From a virus (lineage: Duplodnaviria > Caudoviricetes), in the IMG/VR virus record IMGVR_UViG_2799112742_000018, positions 50,065 to 114,064 of that record: 64,000 nt of DNA; one strand, given 5' to 3'. The notes under the pieces are model-generated. The model was not told the origin of the DNA, made no database searches, and saw nothing but the letters and a program-made list of their open reading frames with translations. A program made the position numbers and the translations under genes. Below are positions 19,408-29,190 of this stretch, piece after piece. The stretch's first letter is position 1. Each line of letters starts with the position of its first letter.

Positions 19408-20937
19408 ATGCCAGATTATAACAATATACAAACATACGGACAGACACCGAAATATATAGTAAGGGGACACAATGATGATCTCCTTGCTATTATGTTCTGT
19501 GAGATTAAGATATGGAGAGCTACTAAGGAAGACTGGTGGACACCTAAAGACTATATTCGTCTTACCGAGGTTGAATCCATAGATATTCAGAAATCATATA
19601 AGAAAATTATCCAGAAAGCAACCGTAAAGTTTCCGCGAGGCACTGTTGTAGGACAAAGAATAAGCGATACAAAAAAAGATGAAAAGGTATCAACAGGAAA
19701 CAATACGGATGCAAAAGAGGAAACATCTCTGATAGAATCCACCAATTATGGTGAGGTTATAGTTCCAGGCTCTGCAACCAATGTAATAAATGCTTTTCGT
19801 AAGGATGATGGTATTATTATTGTTGGTAGAAATGGAGAACAGGAGTTTAAGCCTAAGATGATAAGTACAGGAGATAGGATTGAGATTCGTCTTGCTTATG
19901 CTTATTCTGAAGATGAATATACATTGTATAAGAGTGGAAAGATACAAGGACACCTGGAGTTCTCAGGTTTTGTATCTAAGTGTTCCGTAAGCACACCTCT
20001 AATTCTTCAGTGTGAGGATATGATGTCTATTCTAAAGACCTTTTCATGTCCTGATAATGTGGCTAAGAAGAACTATACCGTTAATGATTATCTTTGTGAT
20101 GATGGTATATTCAAGCTGTTAAAAGGAACAGGGCTGAAGATTGACGATGATACAAAAGCAGCAAAGATAAATGTCGGCAGGGTAAATATGACAAATGACC
20201 TTGTTGTTGCTGACATTCTTGATGAGTGGTCTAAGTGTGGCTTGTATGCCTATATGAATGAAAATGATAATTTTAGAACAATCAGAGTAGGCAGAGTTTA
20301 TACTTCAGGGTTTAATTTTGGTAAGAATGGAAATGTCGTTCAGGCTCAAGCTGGCGTTCATATTATTCAATTTGATTGGGATGTTGCTAATGATTCTCTT
20401 GATGTTGTTGAAAGAGATAAGCGATACCTTGCTATTGAATGTAGTGGCATGAAGGCGAATGGCACATATATTAAGTTTACTATTAGAAAGGATAAGGATG
20501 ATAACTGGGATGTTATTAACGAGCGAGATAATATTCAGGCAAGGACTGGTAGAAAAACAACTGATAAGACTGCCAGTGTTCAAGGTGTAAAGATGCAACA
20601 CCCACCTAAAATAGATCTTTCAGACTATAATAAAGTAAGCTATATTTCACCAACAAACCCAATAACAAAAGATAAGCTGATAAGTGAAGGCAAGGCTTAT
20701 TATGAGAAGTTCAATCCTAATGGTGTATCTGGAAAGCTTACTATATTTGGTGACAGATATATAAAACCAACGGATACCGTAGGATTATTAGATATGAGAC
20801 ACCCAGAAAGAAATGGCTTCTATTTTGTTTCTGAGGTTAATACAAAGTTCAGTGTTTCAGGAGGTTTTAGAAGGGAATTAAGCATACCTTATAGACTTGC
20901 TAAGTTTCCAAAAGATCAACCGATAACCATTAAGTAA
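19408..20937 (+). CDS. Baseplate hub protein (P2 gpD/Mu gp44-like); start moved to ATG 19408
   Basis: GDRIEI.L.Y, F.G.V...S...P....CED.M and G.LT.FG motifs; ATG directly after the upstream stop. Confidence 0.8.
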   Translation: MPDYNNIQTYGQTPKYIVRGHNDDLLAIMFCEIKIWRATKEDWWTPKDYIRLTEVESIDIQKSYKKIIQKATVKFPRGTVVGQRISDTKKDEKVSTGNNTDAKEETSLIESTNYGEVIVPGSATNVINAFRKDDGIIIVGRNGEQEFKPKMISTGDRIEIRLAYAYSEDEYTLYKSGKIQGHLEFSGFVSKCSVSTPLILQCEDMMSILKTFSCPDNVAKKNYTVNDYLCDDGIFKLLKGTGLKIDDDTKAAKINVGRVNMTNDLVVADILDEWSKCGLYAYMNENDNFRTIRVGRVYTSGFNFGKNGNVVQAQAGVHIIQFDWDVANDSLDVVERDKRYLAIECSGMKANGTYIKFTIRKDKDDNWDVINERDNIQARTGRKTTDKTASVQGVKMQHPPKIDLSDYNKVSYISPTNPITKDKLISEGKAYYEKFNPNGVSGKLTIFGDRYIKPTDTVGLLDMRHPERNGFYFVSEVNTKFSVSGGFRRELSIPYRLAKFPKDQPITIK

Positions 20938-20938
20938 T

Positions 20939-21763
20939 ATGGCAGAAAATGTATTCAAAGATGAGCTTTTGAAATATACAGATGACTTTGCAAAGGCGGT
21001 TCAAACAATAGCTCAGAAAAAGTTGTCAAATAGAAAGGGTGCCCCTATCGGTACTCAAAAAATTGATGGCTATGTTTCATATATACATGATGATCAAAAT
21101 GATCCTCTTTATGGTACGGTAGATGTTCAGGAATTTGGTTATGATCCTGTAATAGATTATCCTGAAGGTTTTCATGAGGGTGTTCAAATATCTGCTGTTC
21201 CAGGCGATGATAATGGTATGTATATTGTACCAATGCTATTGTCTGATGTTGTTATTAACACAGAACCTATAAGTCCATTCAGGGAATTTATAGTGGCATA
21301 TTCAAGGGCTAAGATAATGCACCTTCATAGTCATGATAGGGTAACAATAGGCGTTGATGAAACCGCTAAAATGGCAAAACCTGAAGAGGAACTTAGCGAT
21401 ATAAGAATGCTGAAAAATACAGGAAATTCATCAAATACCTTATATGAAAAAGACAAGGTAGTTCATACTGTCGTGAGAAATGGTCAGGTATCTTGTTTTA
21501 TTTCATTGGATGCTGATGGTACTGTCAGAGTAAGCGGTAAGAATATTAAAATAGATGGAGATACCGTTAAGCATAATTCTGGTGAGCAGAAAATGGTGTT
21601 GGGAGATAAGCTTATAGGTCATTTACAGGATCTTTGCCAGGCAATCGCTACTATGGCTATATCAACCCCACAAGGAGCTGGTTTTGTAGCTAATCAGGCA
21701 CCATTTACAAAGATAGCCAGTCAATTAGCTAACGACCTGTCTCAGAAGTCATATCTGGAATAA
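20939..21763 (+). CDS. Baseplate spike protein (gpV-like)
   Basis: Follows the hub gene; OB-fold-like N-terminus; MVLGD.L...L and T..G motifs near the C-terminus. Confidence 0.65.
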   Translation: MAENVFKDELLKYTDDFAKAVQTIAQKKLSNRKGAPIGTQKIDGYVSYIHDDQNDPLYGTVDVQEFGYDPVIDYPEGFHEGVQISAVPGDDNGMYIVPMLLSDVVINTEPISPFREFIVAYSRAKIMHLHSHDRVTIGVDETAKMAKPEEELSDIRMLKNTGNSSNTLYEKDKVVHTVVRNGQVSCFISLDADGTVRVSGKNIKIDGDTVKHNSGEQKMVLGDKLIGHLQDLCQAIATMAISTPQGAGFVANQAPFTKIASQLANDLSQKSYLE

Positions 21764-21785
21764 GACTATTAATAATAAAGACAAT

Positions 21786-22652
21786 ATGAAAGATATATTA
21801 CTCGACATACAAGAACGCGATCTGATATTATCTAATCAGAACAAATACATAAAGTTCAGAAGAGCTTCATGGGGTTCTGACGATAATGATTATTGTTATC
21901 TAAATATAGAACCTGAAGATAATGAAAATGTTGAGAATGTATATACAGATACAGAAGAAAGACCTTCTTATGTGTTTGCAGATTCTTCGGTATATGTTCC
22001 GTTAGAGTCATCAAATATATATTTTACAGCAAAATATCACCCTTCTGTATTAAAGGTAAAGATTGTTTTTGATGGTGTAGAATATCCAGTCAAGACTAAA
22101 TTCTGGGATGGGCAGAAACGTGACGTAAAAGCCTGTCAATTTCCAATAATAAACATTTCTGGTAAATATATGATACAGATAGCGCAAGAAGAAGACGATG
22201 AAGCTCTATATGCCTATTTGTACAATGCTGATGAGCTTGATTTTACATCTAATGAATCTCAGGATCAAGAAGCACAATTGCTTGCTCTTTGTGCCCCAGG
22301 ACAAAATTATAGATACCCAACAGTCGGGATTGACGTTTCTAAGTATGTTAATTCAGTACCTTCATTAACTGATTTGGGACAGAAAATTGTCAATGAATTT
22401 AGCAATGATGGTAAGGATGTCTATAATGCTGATTTTGATGCAGATACAGGCAATATAACGGTTGAATTTAATCAAGCAAATACCACACAAGATGTATCAG
22501 AAACATTAAATGTTGAGGATTATACTGAATCTGATTTGATAGATATGGCTGAGAAGATTGCGGTGGAAACAACCGAAATAAACAATAATGGAAATGATTT
22601 TCCACAGATAAACGACAATATTTCAAGAATCCAAAAATACTTATTGATATGA
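21786..22652 (+). CDS. Baseplate wedge/sheath initiator-like protein
   Basis: MKDILLD...DL and Q...LL....PG....YPTVG motifs. Confidence 0.5.
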   Translation: MKDILLDIQERDLILSNQNKYIKFRRASWGSDDNDYCYLNIEPEDNENVENVYTDTEERPSYVFADSSVYVPLESSNIYFTAKYHPSVLKVKIVFDGVEYPVKTKFWDGQKRDVKACQFPIINISGKYMIQIAQEEDDEALYAYLYNADELDFTSNESQDQEAQLLALCAPGQNYRYPTVGIDVSKYVNSVPSLTDLGQKIVNEFSNDGKDVYNADFDADTGNITVEFNQANTTQDVSETLNVEDYTESDLIDMAEKIAVETTEINNNGNDFPQINDNISRIQKYLLI

Positions 22653-22879
22653 AACATATAGATCGAAATTCATTGAAGCATTTTACAGTATGTCTTCTGC
22701 TTTCATTGATAGGCACTTATGGGGTTGCAATAGCAATAGGCGCTTCATTTACCAAAGAATATTATGATAAGAAAAGTTACGGCCATTGGTGCTGGGTTGA
22801 CCTTTTCTTTGATGGATTGGGATGTGTTGTTGGTTATGGCTTACATATTTTGGCAGCATATCTTATTTCTCTTTTGTAG
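22649..22879 (+). CDS. Small membrane protein (YfiM/VanZ-like)
   Basis: KHF..C, KE.YD and W.W.DL..D..G motifs; hydrophobic. Confidence 0.65.
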   Translation: MKHIDRNSLKHFTVCLLLSLIGTYGVAIAIGASFTKEYYDKKSYGHWCWVDLFFDGLGCVVGYGLHILAAYLISLL

Positions 22880-22908
22880 GAAACGGTTTGTTCTCATATA
22901 TAGTTTTT

Positions 22909-22938
22909 AGGGCGCAGTTAATAGCTGCGCTCTTTTTT
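22909..22938 (+). terminator. Intrinsic terminator
   Basis: GGGCGCAGT-TAAT-AGCTGCGCTC plus T run. Confidence 0.8.
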
Positions 22939-22948
22939 ATGTCTTTAA

Positions 22949-22980
22949 TTAGGGCGTTGGACTTGATTGTATTATATTTG
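22949..22980 (+). promoter_or_regulatory. Variant promoter A: TTAGGGC-N17-TATATTTG
   Basis: Same architecture as 24433 and 24716. Confidence 0.7.
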
Positions 22981-23009
22981 TACTCAGTATTAATTAAAAA
23001 CTTAACGGT

Positions 23010-23483
23010 ATGGATTATAGAACAATAATTGAAAACGCCAGAAATAAAGGTGTTACGAGTGAAAAGGTGATGTGGTCAAGTATCGCAAGAATAGATGGTG
23101 TTTTAGACACTATCAAGGACGAGCATCCAGATTTGTATTGGAATTTGCTTAGAGATACACACGAGGAGCTATATGGGCCACATTACGATAAGGAATTTGC
23201 TGAGTATGATGTTAATAGTATGCACTGTACGGATAAGGATGGCAAGCTTCGTCATGGAGCCTTCTGGACTTTAGATGAGATACTGGCAGCAACAAAGAAT
23301 AAAACCTTCCCAGCAGAGACTACAAATTGGGACAAGTATGTCGCTTACAATGCCTGCGCAAATGACTTTGGTAAGGCTTTTGAAGATGAGGATGTTTTGG
23401 AGATTGCCTATATGTTCTTTTTTGATGATGAGGATGCCCCTTCTGGAAAAATCTGGAAATACATCAGGGCGATGATGTACTAA
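23010..23483 (+). CDS. Conserved hypothetical protein (DUF7841-like by recollection)
   Basis: GPHY..E.A...V..M, W...E, WD.YVA.N, FF.DEDAP.GKIW.Y; has its own promoter and terminator. Confidence 0.7.
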   Translation: MDYRTIIENARNKGVTSEKVMWSSIARIDGVLDTIKDEHPDLYWNLLRDTHEELYGPHYDKEFAEYDVNSMHCTDKDGKLRHGAFWTLDEILAATKNKTFPAETTNWDKYVAYNACANDFGKAFEDEDVLEIAYMFFFDDEDAPSGKIWKYIRAMMY

Positions 23484-23502
23484 GTGTATTGGTTGCTAAC
23501 AT

Positions 23503-23529
23503 GCCGCTACCTTATGGTGGCGGCTTTTT
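23503..23529 (+). terminator. Intrinsic terminator
   Basis: GCCGCTACC-TTAT-GGTGGCGGC plus T run. Confidence 0.85.
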
Positions 23530-23610
23530 ACATAAAAGATATTAAAAATACATTGGTAAAGTGATGTTTTTCGATATTTCTTTGTATATTTGCACAATAA
23601 AACTTACACA

Positions 23611-23991
23611 ATGAACATAAACAATACATACAAAAAATTTTTGCAACTAAAACTGATAACTAAATATGGTATATTTGGTTTGGCTTTTATTTCACTTTCA
23701 TATTGTGTTTTGACATTCTTAGGGTATTATGTGCCCTGGATGTTCATAGTATTTTTCAGCTTTGCATTTGTATTGAGAATCATCCTTTCTAAAGCTTTTG
23801 GATTATGTTGGATTCATAGAAGCTGTATCTTATATAACTATTGTGTTTCTATTTGCATAGTTACAAAACCAGAAACATTATATGCTATGTTAGGTATCGG
23901 CAAACAAACAATGGTAGGTATTTTTGCAATTATAGGTATAATAATATTTAGTCTTGTAATATGGAAAATAATAGCAAAGAAGAGTTGCTAA
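23611..23991 (+). CDS. Four-TM membrane protein
   Basis: Hydrophobic segments with an FGLCWIHR..I.Y motif; TATATTTG at 23585 and A-rich leader favour ATG 23611. Confidence 0.75.
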   Translation: MNINNTYKKFLQLKLITKYGIFGLAFISLSYCVLTFLGYYVPWMFIVFFSFAFVLRIILSKAFGLCWIHRSCILYNYCVSICIVTKPETLYAMLGIGKQTMVGIFAIIGIIIFSLVIWKIIAKKSC

Positions 23992-24287
23992 TGGAGCTTG
24001 CCGTTGTCAATATCATGATAACGGAAAACCCTTGCGGATTAAAAGAAAGTCTTTTTAATTCCTTAAAGGACGTTATTAAATCCATTATAGGCGCACATTG
24101 CATAAAAGGTGCAACGCGTGAACAGGTAGCCAAATACTTTCAGCGTGACGTTAGGACATTATCGCATTGGAAGGATAAATACGATGATTTTCCAGAATGC
24201 AAGAAGGACTTTGCACACAATAAGACATACAATTGGATGGATATTATTGAATGGAAATTAAAGCATAAAGAGATATGGGAATGTTAA
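23961..24287 (+). CDS. HTH DNA-binding protein (Xis/MerR-like); alternative start 23991 via TAATG coupling
   Basis: TREQVAKYFQRDVRTLSHW....DFP helix-turn-helix and wing. Confidence 0.75.
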   Translation: MENNSKEELLMELAVVNIMITENPCGLKESLFNSLKDVIKSIIGAHCIKGATREQVAKYFQRDVRTLSHWKDKYDDFPECKKDFAHNKTYNWMDIIEWKLKHKEIWEC

Positions 24288-24432
24288 TCGTTCCCATATT
24301 TTTATTTCCTAAATTCAGGATATTTTTAAGATTACTAAAAATTTTTTATTGCCTATTTTTTATTTTTATCTTTTATATATAAAAACTGGTGACACAATAT
24401 CATTTATAATCCATGAAAAACCATTTCCCTTT

Positions 24433-24464
24433 TTAGGGCACTCTCTCATTCAGTAGTACTTTTG
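24433..24464 (+). promoter_or_regulatory. Variant promoter B: TTAGGGC-N17-TACTTTTG
   Basis: Drives an ORF-free unit ending at the terminator 24666-24702. Confidence 0.7.
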
Positions 24465-24467
24465 CCT

Positions 24468-24702
24468 ACGATATTCTGTCACAGAGAGATAACTTCCAGG
24501 TGAAGCCCAAGGCTTAGAGTTTGCCTCAATCTATATACATAGGGATAAGCAGATCAGCCGAAGATAGGTAGGGGGCATCGTCAGGAGTAAGGTGAACGGT
24601 ATGTGGCAGTTAGTAGTGTTGCAGGGCATTAAATCATCTTAGCTGATGTAACTACATATCAAATAGGGTAGGTAAGAGTGTGCTTTTGCCTACCCATATT
24701 TT
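24468..24702 (+). ncRNA. Candidate ~230-nt structured small RNA
   Basis: Own promoter and terminator, no ORF, GC-richer than flanks; helices 24553-24565/24636-24647 and crossing 24598-24606/24652-24660. Confidence 0.55.
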
Positions 24703-24715
24703 ATCAATTCCAATA

Positions 24716-24747
24716 TTAGGGCATTGTCATTTCATAAAGTATCTTTG
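24716..24747 (+). promoter_or_regulatory. Variant promoter C: TTAGGGC-N17-TATCTTTG
   Basis: Flanked by the direct repeat CAATTCCAATAT (24705, 24751). Confidence 0.7.
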
Positions 24748-24789
24748 TGGCAATTCCAATATCGGAAGAAACTCTAAAAACTTATCTTT

Positions 24790-25716
24790 ATGGCATTAGA
24801 AGTAGAAACTCCAGAGAAAATCTATTGTTGCGGAGGTGACAATAACAATGCTCTGATGACCGCTATGATGGCCAATGGCGGTGGTGTAAATGGTATGTGG
24901 AACAATCCTTGGGCTTACATGATGATGATGTACGTCATGAAGAACATGAACGGTAATGGTCAGAATGGTACTGAGGTGGGTGTTGACTACAATAGTCGCG
25001 CTCTTGCAACACTTCAGGATACCGTTAATCAGAATCAGCTCAACAGCACCGTCCTTGCTGCAATTAACAACAATCAGGATGCGGTTCGTGAGCTTGCTGG
25101 TATCTTCCACACTGACATCAGTACTATCCAGCAAGGTATTGGCTTCATCAATTCATCTATCCAGCAAGTTGGTGGTCAGATTGGCCTTGGTATCGAGTCT
25201 GTTAAGAATGCTGTTGCTCTTGGTGACAATGCTGTTATTCGCCAGCTTTGTGATTGCTGTTGCTCTATGAAGACAATGGTAATGGAAGGCTTCAATGATA
25301 CTCAGCGTTCTATTCTTGAGGGCTTCAATGGAACACAGCGTGAAATCCTGAACGGTACATATCAGGAGCAGCTTGCAACTGAGAGACAGACCAATATTCT
25401 TGGTTCTAAGATTGACATGAACCATGCAGCAGAGCAGTTACAGACATGTCAGTCCGTAAACGCTCTCCAGTCTCAACTTTCTCAGATGTATAGCGGATTG
25501 CAGGCAAGCATGACCAATCTTGGTTTCCAGACTGAGAAGAATACTGCCGCTATCGTTCAGAACAATACCGCACAGACACAGCGTATTCTTGATTCTATTT
25601 GTGAGCAGACAACCCAGTCACTTAGGGATAAGCTTGCTGACAAGGATAGGGAGATCCAGACACAAACCATTCTTGCACAGCTTAAAAGTTCAACGACTGC
25701 CGCAGTAGCTGGTTAG
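24790..25716 (+). CDS. Conserved hypothetical coiled-coil protein with Gly/Asn/Met-rich N-terminus and CDCCC motif
   Basis: WNNPW.YMMM, QLCDCCC, repeated EGFN.TQR.IL, TQRILD; strongly biased codon use. Confidence 0.8.
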   Translation: MALEVETPEKIYCCGGDNNNALMTAMMANGGGVNGMWNNPWAYMMMMYVMKNMNGNGQNGTEVGVDYNSRALATLQDTVNQNQLNSTVLAAINNNQDAVRELAGIFHTDISTIQQGIGFINSSIQQVGGQIGLGIESVKNAVALGDNAVIRQLCDCCCSMKTMVMEGFNDTQRSILEGFNGTQREILNGTYQEQLATERQTNILGSKIDMNHAAEQLQTCQSVNALQSQLSQMYSGLQASMTNLGFQTEKNTAAIVQNNTAQTQRILDSICEQTTQSLRDKLADKDREIQTQTILAQLKSSTTAAVAG

Positions 25717-25729
25717 TTTTGTCATTACT

Positions 25730-25772
25730 TGAGGGTTGGTGCGGTATTTTTATCGCATTAAACCCTCATTTT
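25730..25772 (+). terminator. Intrinsic terminator/hairpin
   Basis: TGAGGGTT...AACCCTCA plus T run. Confidence 0.7.
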
Positions 25773-25812
25773 TGTAAGTTTTCTGCAAAAATCACACTTT
25801 AACGCATAAAAT

Positions 25813-26256
25813 ATGAATTTTAGAGAACTGAAACAAGGGAATGAGCTGTTTATAATGAACAGAGACACTATGGAGGTAAAGCGTGGAAACATAACACATG
25901 TTTCAGCACCACACATAGATACAAAAATAAACATGACACCTCAGCAAGTTGTTGATGTCACCGCATTGGTTGATGGAAAAGGAATAACCTATGTTGCACC
26001 TGAAGGATCATCAGTAACATATTGTGGATCTCTGGTTATAAGTTGCTCAAAGGAATATATTCTAAATGAGGCTAAGGCTATAAAGTCTCAATGTGAACAG
26101 CTATTATCTTCTATTGATGATACAAGATCCAAACTTGAAAAGTGCAATAAGACAATCTCAGAACTTGACGATGTGTTTAGAGAAAGACAAGAAAATGATG
26201 CCAGACTTTCCAAACTTGAAAGTATGATGCAGTCTTTATTAGATAAACTTACATAG
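25813..26256 (+). CDS. Hypothetical protein (beta-rich N-terminus, coiled-coil C-terminus)
   Basis: A-rich start; followed by hairpin 26261-26292. Confidence 0.75.
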   Translation: MNFRELKQGNELFIMNRDTMEVKRGNITHVSAPHIDTKINMTPQQVVDVTALVDGKGITYVAPEGSSVTYCGSLVISCSKEYILNEAKAIKSQCEQLLSSIDDTRSKLEKCNKTISELDDVFRERQENDARLSKLESMMQSLLDKLT

Positions 26257-26348
26257 TCTTATAAGGGTGATAATTTATTTTATCACCCTTTATTGTTGTC
26301 TATAGTTACCAAAATAATCTAATATTAATAAAAACAACATAAAATATT

Positions 26349-27272
26349 ATGGCACAGGAAAAACAACTTAGCACCATAACTGAAGGTAAGGGGGCTATAC
26401 CATTTTCTCCTAAAGTCAATACATCAACAGTGTATGATGAAAATGGACAGCCGCTAAATGTTGTTCTTCGATCCGTTGATGGTAAATTCAAAGAGTGTTC
26501 TCATTCAATAGGAGAACAAAGAGAAAAAACTGAAGGATTGCAAGATACTATCAATGAAGCGGCTCTACACAATGGAGAAGTGCAAGCTGCTGTATTGGTT
26601 AATATTGCTTCAGGAACAGGACTTACAGCAGTTAATGCTCAACAGGCTTTTGCGGAAATAGCAAGAGAAATATACCCAGTACAGGTAACTATTGCTGAAA
26701 GTAATGCTGGAACTTTTGAGATAGGTACTCGTAAAACCCCACACATTGTTCTTAGTATTTTAAGAAATGGGACTGATGTGTCATCCTTAGCCGACACCAC
26801 ATCTTCACAAGGCGAAGTTCAATCCGACCATAAGACGATTATTGGTTCTGAAATCACAAGTGGAACAACTACATTCCAGATTTCTGTTTCGCAAGGTGGT
26901 CAGACAGTCGATGCTCCTAATCAAGTATTCGACTTTATGAATTATCGTTATTATGGTGTAATTAATAGCACAACCGAGCCGACAAAGGCACAGGTAAAGA
27001 CATTGTGTGAAAATGGCACCTTGACTAAGCAATTAAGTCGTTCTACCAAAATGTCGGCAACTGATCTCGCAGCCAATAAATGCTATGTGTTTGTAGTTCC
27101 AAATACAAATATTAATCTCATAGTCAAAAATGCGAAATCGGGCAATCCTATAAGTGGATGCACAGTTGATACGGTTACTATCAATCGAGTTAATGGCACT
27201 GGTACGGTAAGCTGCAAATATGTAATCGTTCCTTATGGTGCTGCCGCATGGACATTTGAGATAACTAATTAA
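26349..27272 (+). CDS. Virion structural/fibre adaptor protein with Ig-like region
   Basis: Late-promoter variant at 26319; beta-rich, Thr/Ser-rich. Confidence 0.6.
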   Translation: MAQEKQLSTITEGKGAIPFSPKVNTSTVYDENGQPLNVVLRSVDGKFKECSHSIGEQREKTEGLQDTINEAALHNGEVQAAVLVNIASGTGLTAVNAQQAFAEIAREIYPVQVTIAESNAGTFEIGTRKTPHIVLSILRNGTDVSSLADTTSSQGEVQSDHKTIIGSEITSGTTTFQISVSQGGQTVDAPNQVFDFMNYRYYGVINSTTEPTKAQVKTLCENGTLTKQLSRSTKMSATDLAANKCYVFVVPNTNINLIVKNAKSGNPISGCTVDTVTINRVNGTGTVSCKYVIVPYGAAAWTFEITN

Positions 27273-27283
27273 ATTAGACGGTT

Positions 27284-27625
27284 ATGGCAACAAAGAAAGA
27301 ACAAGTGGCCTTTGAGTTAGAAAATCCTGGTGGATTTGTTACTCAAGCAAGTCAAATAGGCATGGATGGTAAACCCATCAATCAGCAAATAACTGGTAGA
27401 GACACTAAGGTTAATTATAATTCTGGCAGTATTGAGAGTAAATTAAATGCCATGATTGATTGTATGCAGTTAATGATACAAGGTGTTGTGTTTCATTCTG
27501 GCACCCCTTTTGTGTCACCAGCAGAACTTAATGATCATCTCGAATTGTTGAGAATATCAAGCAGTTCAACTACAGCTAAGTGCGGTCAAGCAATTTGTGG
27601 TCAAGCAATATGTGGAACTAATTAA
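27284..27625 (+). CDS. Hypothetical virion protein with C-terminal CGQAI repeats
   Basis: AKCGQAICGQAICG tail; operon context. Confidence 0.65.
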   Translation: MATKKEQVAFELENPGGFVTQASQIGMDGKPINQQITGRDTKVNYNSGSIESKLNAMIDCMQLMIQGVVFHSGTPFVSPAELNDHLELLRISSSSTTAKCGQAICGQAICGTN

Positions 27626-27638
27626 AAAATAAGAAGAT

Positions 27639-29171
27639 ATGGCAAATATTCCAAAATTAAACTATTCGTTTACCGACAATCAAACAACGATTTCGGCTGA
27701 ACACTTGAATGCTTTTGTTAATAGGATTAACTTGTTGATTGATGCGGTAGGTGAACAACCTGTTCCTACACAGACGGTTGCAACACCTACTATTTCTATA
27801 AGTGGCACAACCGCAACAATCAGTTGCTCTACAAGCGGTGCAACTATATATTACACAACTAATGGTAATACACCAACAACAAGTAGCACTCAATATAGTA
27901 GCCCTATTACATTGTCTGGTGCCTGCACAATTAAAGCTATCGCGGTTAAGAGTGGAATGAGCAATTCATCTGTTGCAAGTCAAAGCTACACACCATCCGT
28001 TGTGGCTGCGCCTGTGATAAGTATTAGCGGTAATTCTGCAACTATAACTTGCGCGACATCGGGTGCAACTATACATTACACATTAGATGGAACTACACCG
28101 ACAGCAAGCAGCGCTCAATACAGCAGTCCTATCACGTTATCGGATGCTTGCACAATCAAAGCTATTGCGATGAAGAGTGGCATGACAAATTCATCTGTTG
28201 TAAGCCAGTCTTATTCGCCACCAGTAGCTCAGTATATCACATTTACAGATTCGGCAGTCAAGGCTATTCTCGTTGCGGATGCAACCATTAATACGAGTGG
28301 TGACAGCGAAATTTCCTTTGAAGAGGCAGCAGCAGCAGAAGCATTGCCATCAGCGTTGAAGAACAATACAACTATCACTTCATTCAATGAGTTGGAAAAC
28401 TTCACAGGCTTGACCTACATTTCCTCTGAACAATTTAAGGGAGACAGCAATCTTGCAAGTATCAAATTCCCTTCTACTATAACGGATATTAGAGGCTTGG
28501 CATTTACGGATTGCACAGAACTTGGTAGTATCACATTACCTCCTAATCTAACGACATTAGGTAGCAATGTTTTCAAGAATTGCACCAAAGTCAACTTCTC
28601 ATCTATACCAAACGGAGTGACAGAAATAGGTACTGCCACATTCTATGGTTGTACTGCTTTGGCACTATCCTCACTGCCGACAGGCTTGACGAGCATTGGT
28701 AGCCAAGCGTTCTATAATTGTGGAAATATCACTTGTAACACATTGCCAAGTACACTGACTTCAATCGCAGGTTCGGCATTCTATAATTGCACCAAAGTAA
28801 CATTCAGCTCATTACCATCGGGAATTACGTCAATCGCCAATCTTACATTCTATGGTTGCAAACTTATCACTATATCCGCTATACCAAGCGGTGTAACATC
28901 AATTGGTGATAATGCTTTCAGAGGTTGCACAGGCTTGACTACTATGGAAATACCATCCACAGTTACGTCATTAGGAACTAAGGTATTTAATGGTTGCACT
29001 AATCTTGCTAAGGTTAAGATGCCAGCAACACCGCCTACAATAGTAGATGATACTTTCCCATCTACAACGGTATTTTACGTTCCTGATGCAACTGCTCAAG
29101 CAGCTTATGCAGCAGCAAGTGTATGGAGTGGCATAGAATCAAGTAGAATTAAATTGTGGTCTGAATGGTAA
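27639..29171 (+). CDS. Adhesin-like protein: two Fn3-associated/chitobiase-C-type domains plus BspA-type LRRs
   Basis: Duplicated T.GATI.YT..G.TPT.SS.QY..PI...TIKAIA; repeats of LP..LTSIG..AF..C. Confidence 0.9.
   Translation: MANIPKLNYSFTDNQTTISAEHLNAFVNRINLLIDAVGEQPVPTQTVATPTISISGTTATISCSTSGATIYYTTNGNTPTTSSTQYSSPITLSGACTIKAIAVKSGMSNSSVASQSYTPSVVAAPVISISGNSATITCATSGATIHYTLDGTTPTASSAQYSSPITLSDACTIKAIAMKSGMTNSSVVSQSYSPPVAQYITFTDSAVKAILVADATINTSGDSEISFEEAAAAEALPSALKNNTTITSFNELENFTGLTYISSEQFKGDSNLASIKFPSTITDIRGLAFTDCTELGSITLPPNLTTLGSNVFKNCTKVNFSSIPNGVTEIGTATFYGCTALALSSLPTGLTSIGSQAFYNCGNITCNTLPSTLTSIAGSAFYNCTKVTFSSLPSGITSIANLTFYGCKLITISAIPSGVTSIGDNAFRGCTGLTTMEIPSTVTSLGTKVFNGCTNLAKVKMPATPPTIVDDTFPSTTVFYVPDATAQAAYAAASVWSGIESSRIKLWSEW
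27777..28220 (+). repeat. Tandem 225-nt (75-aa) intragenic domain duplication
   Basis: Units start at 27777 and 28002. Confidence 0.85.
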
Positions 29172-29190
29172 TTCCTAAAGATAGATAATT

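Noticed and set aside
8850-22652. Tailocin/eCIS interpretation of the two-sheath locus
   Set aside because: Portal, protease, capsid and a full replication module are present, so this is a phage.
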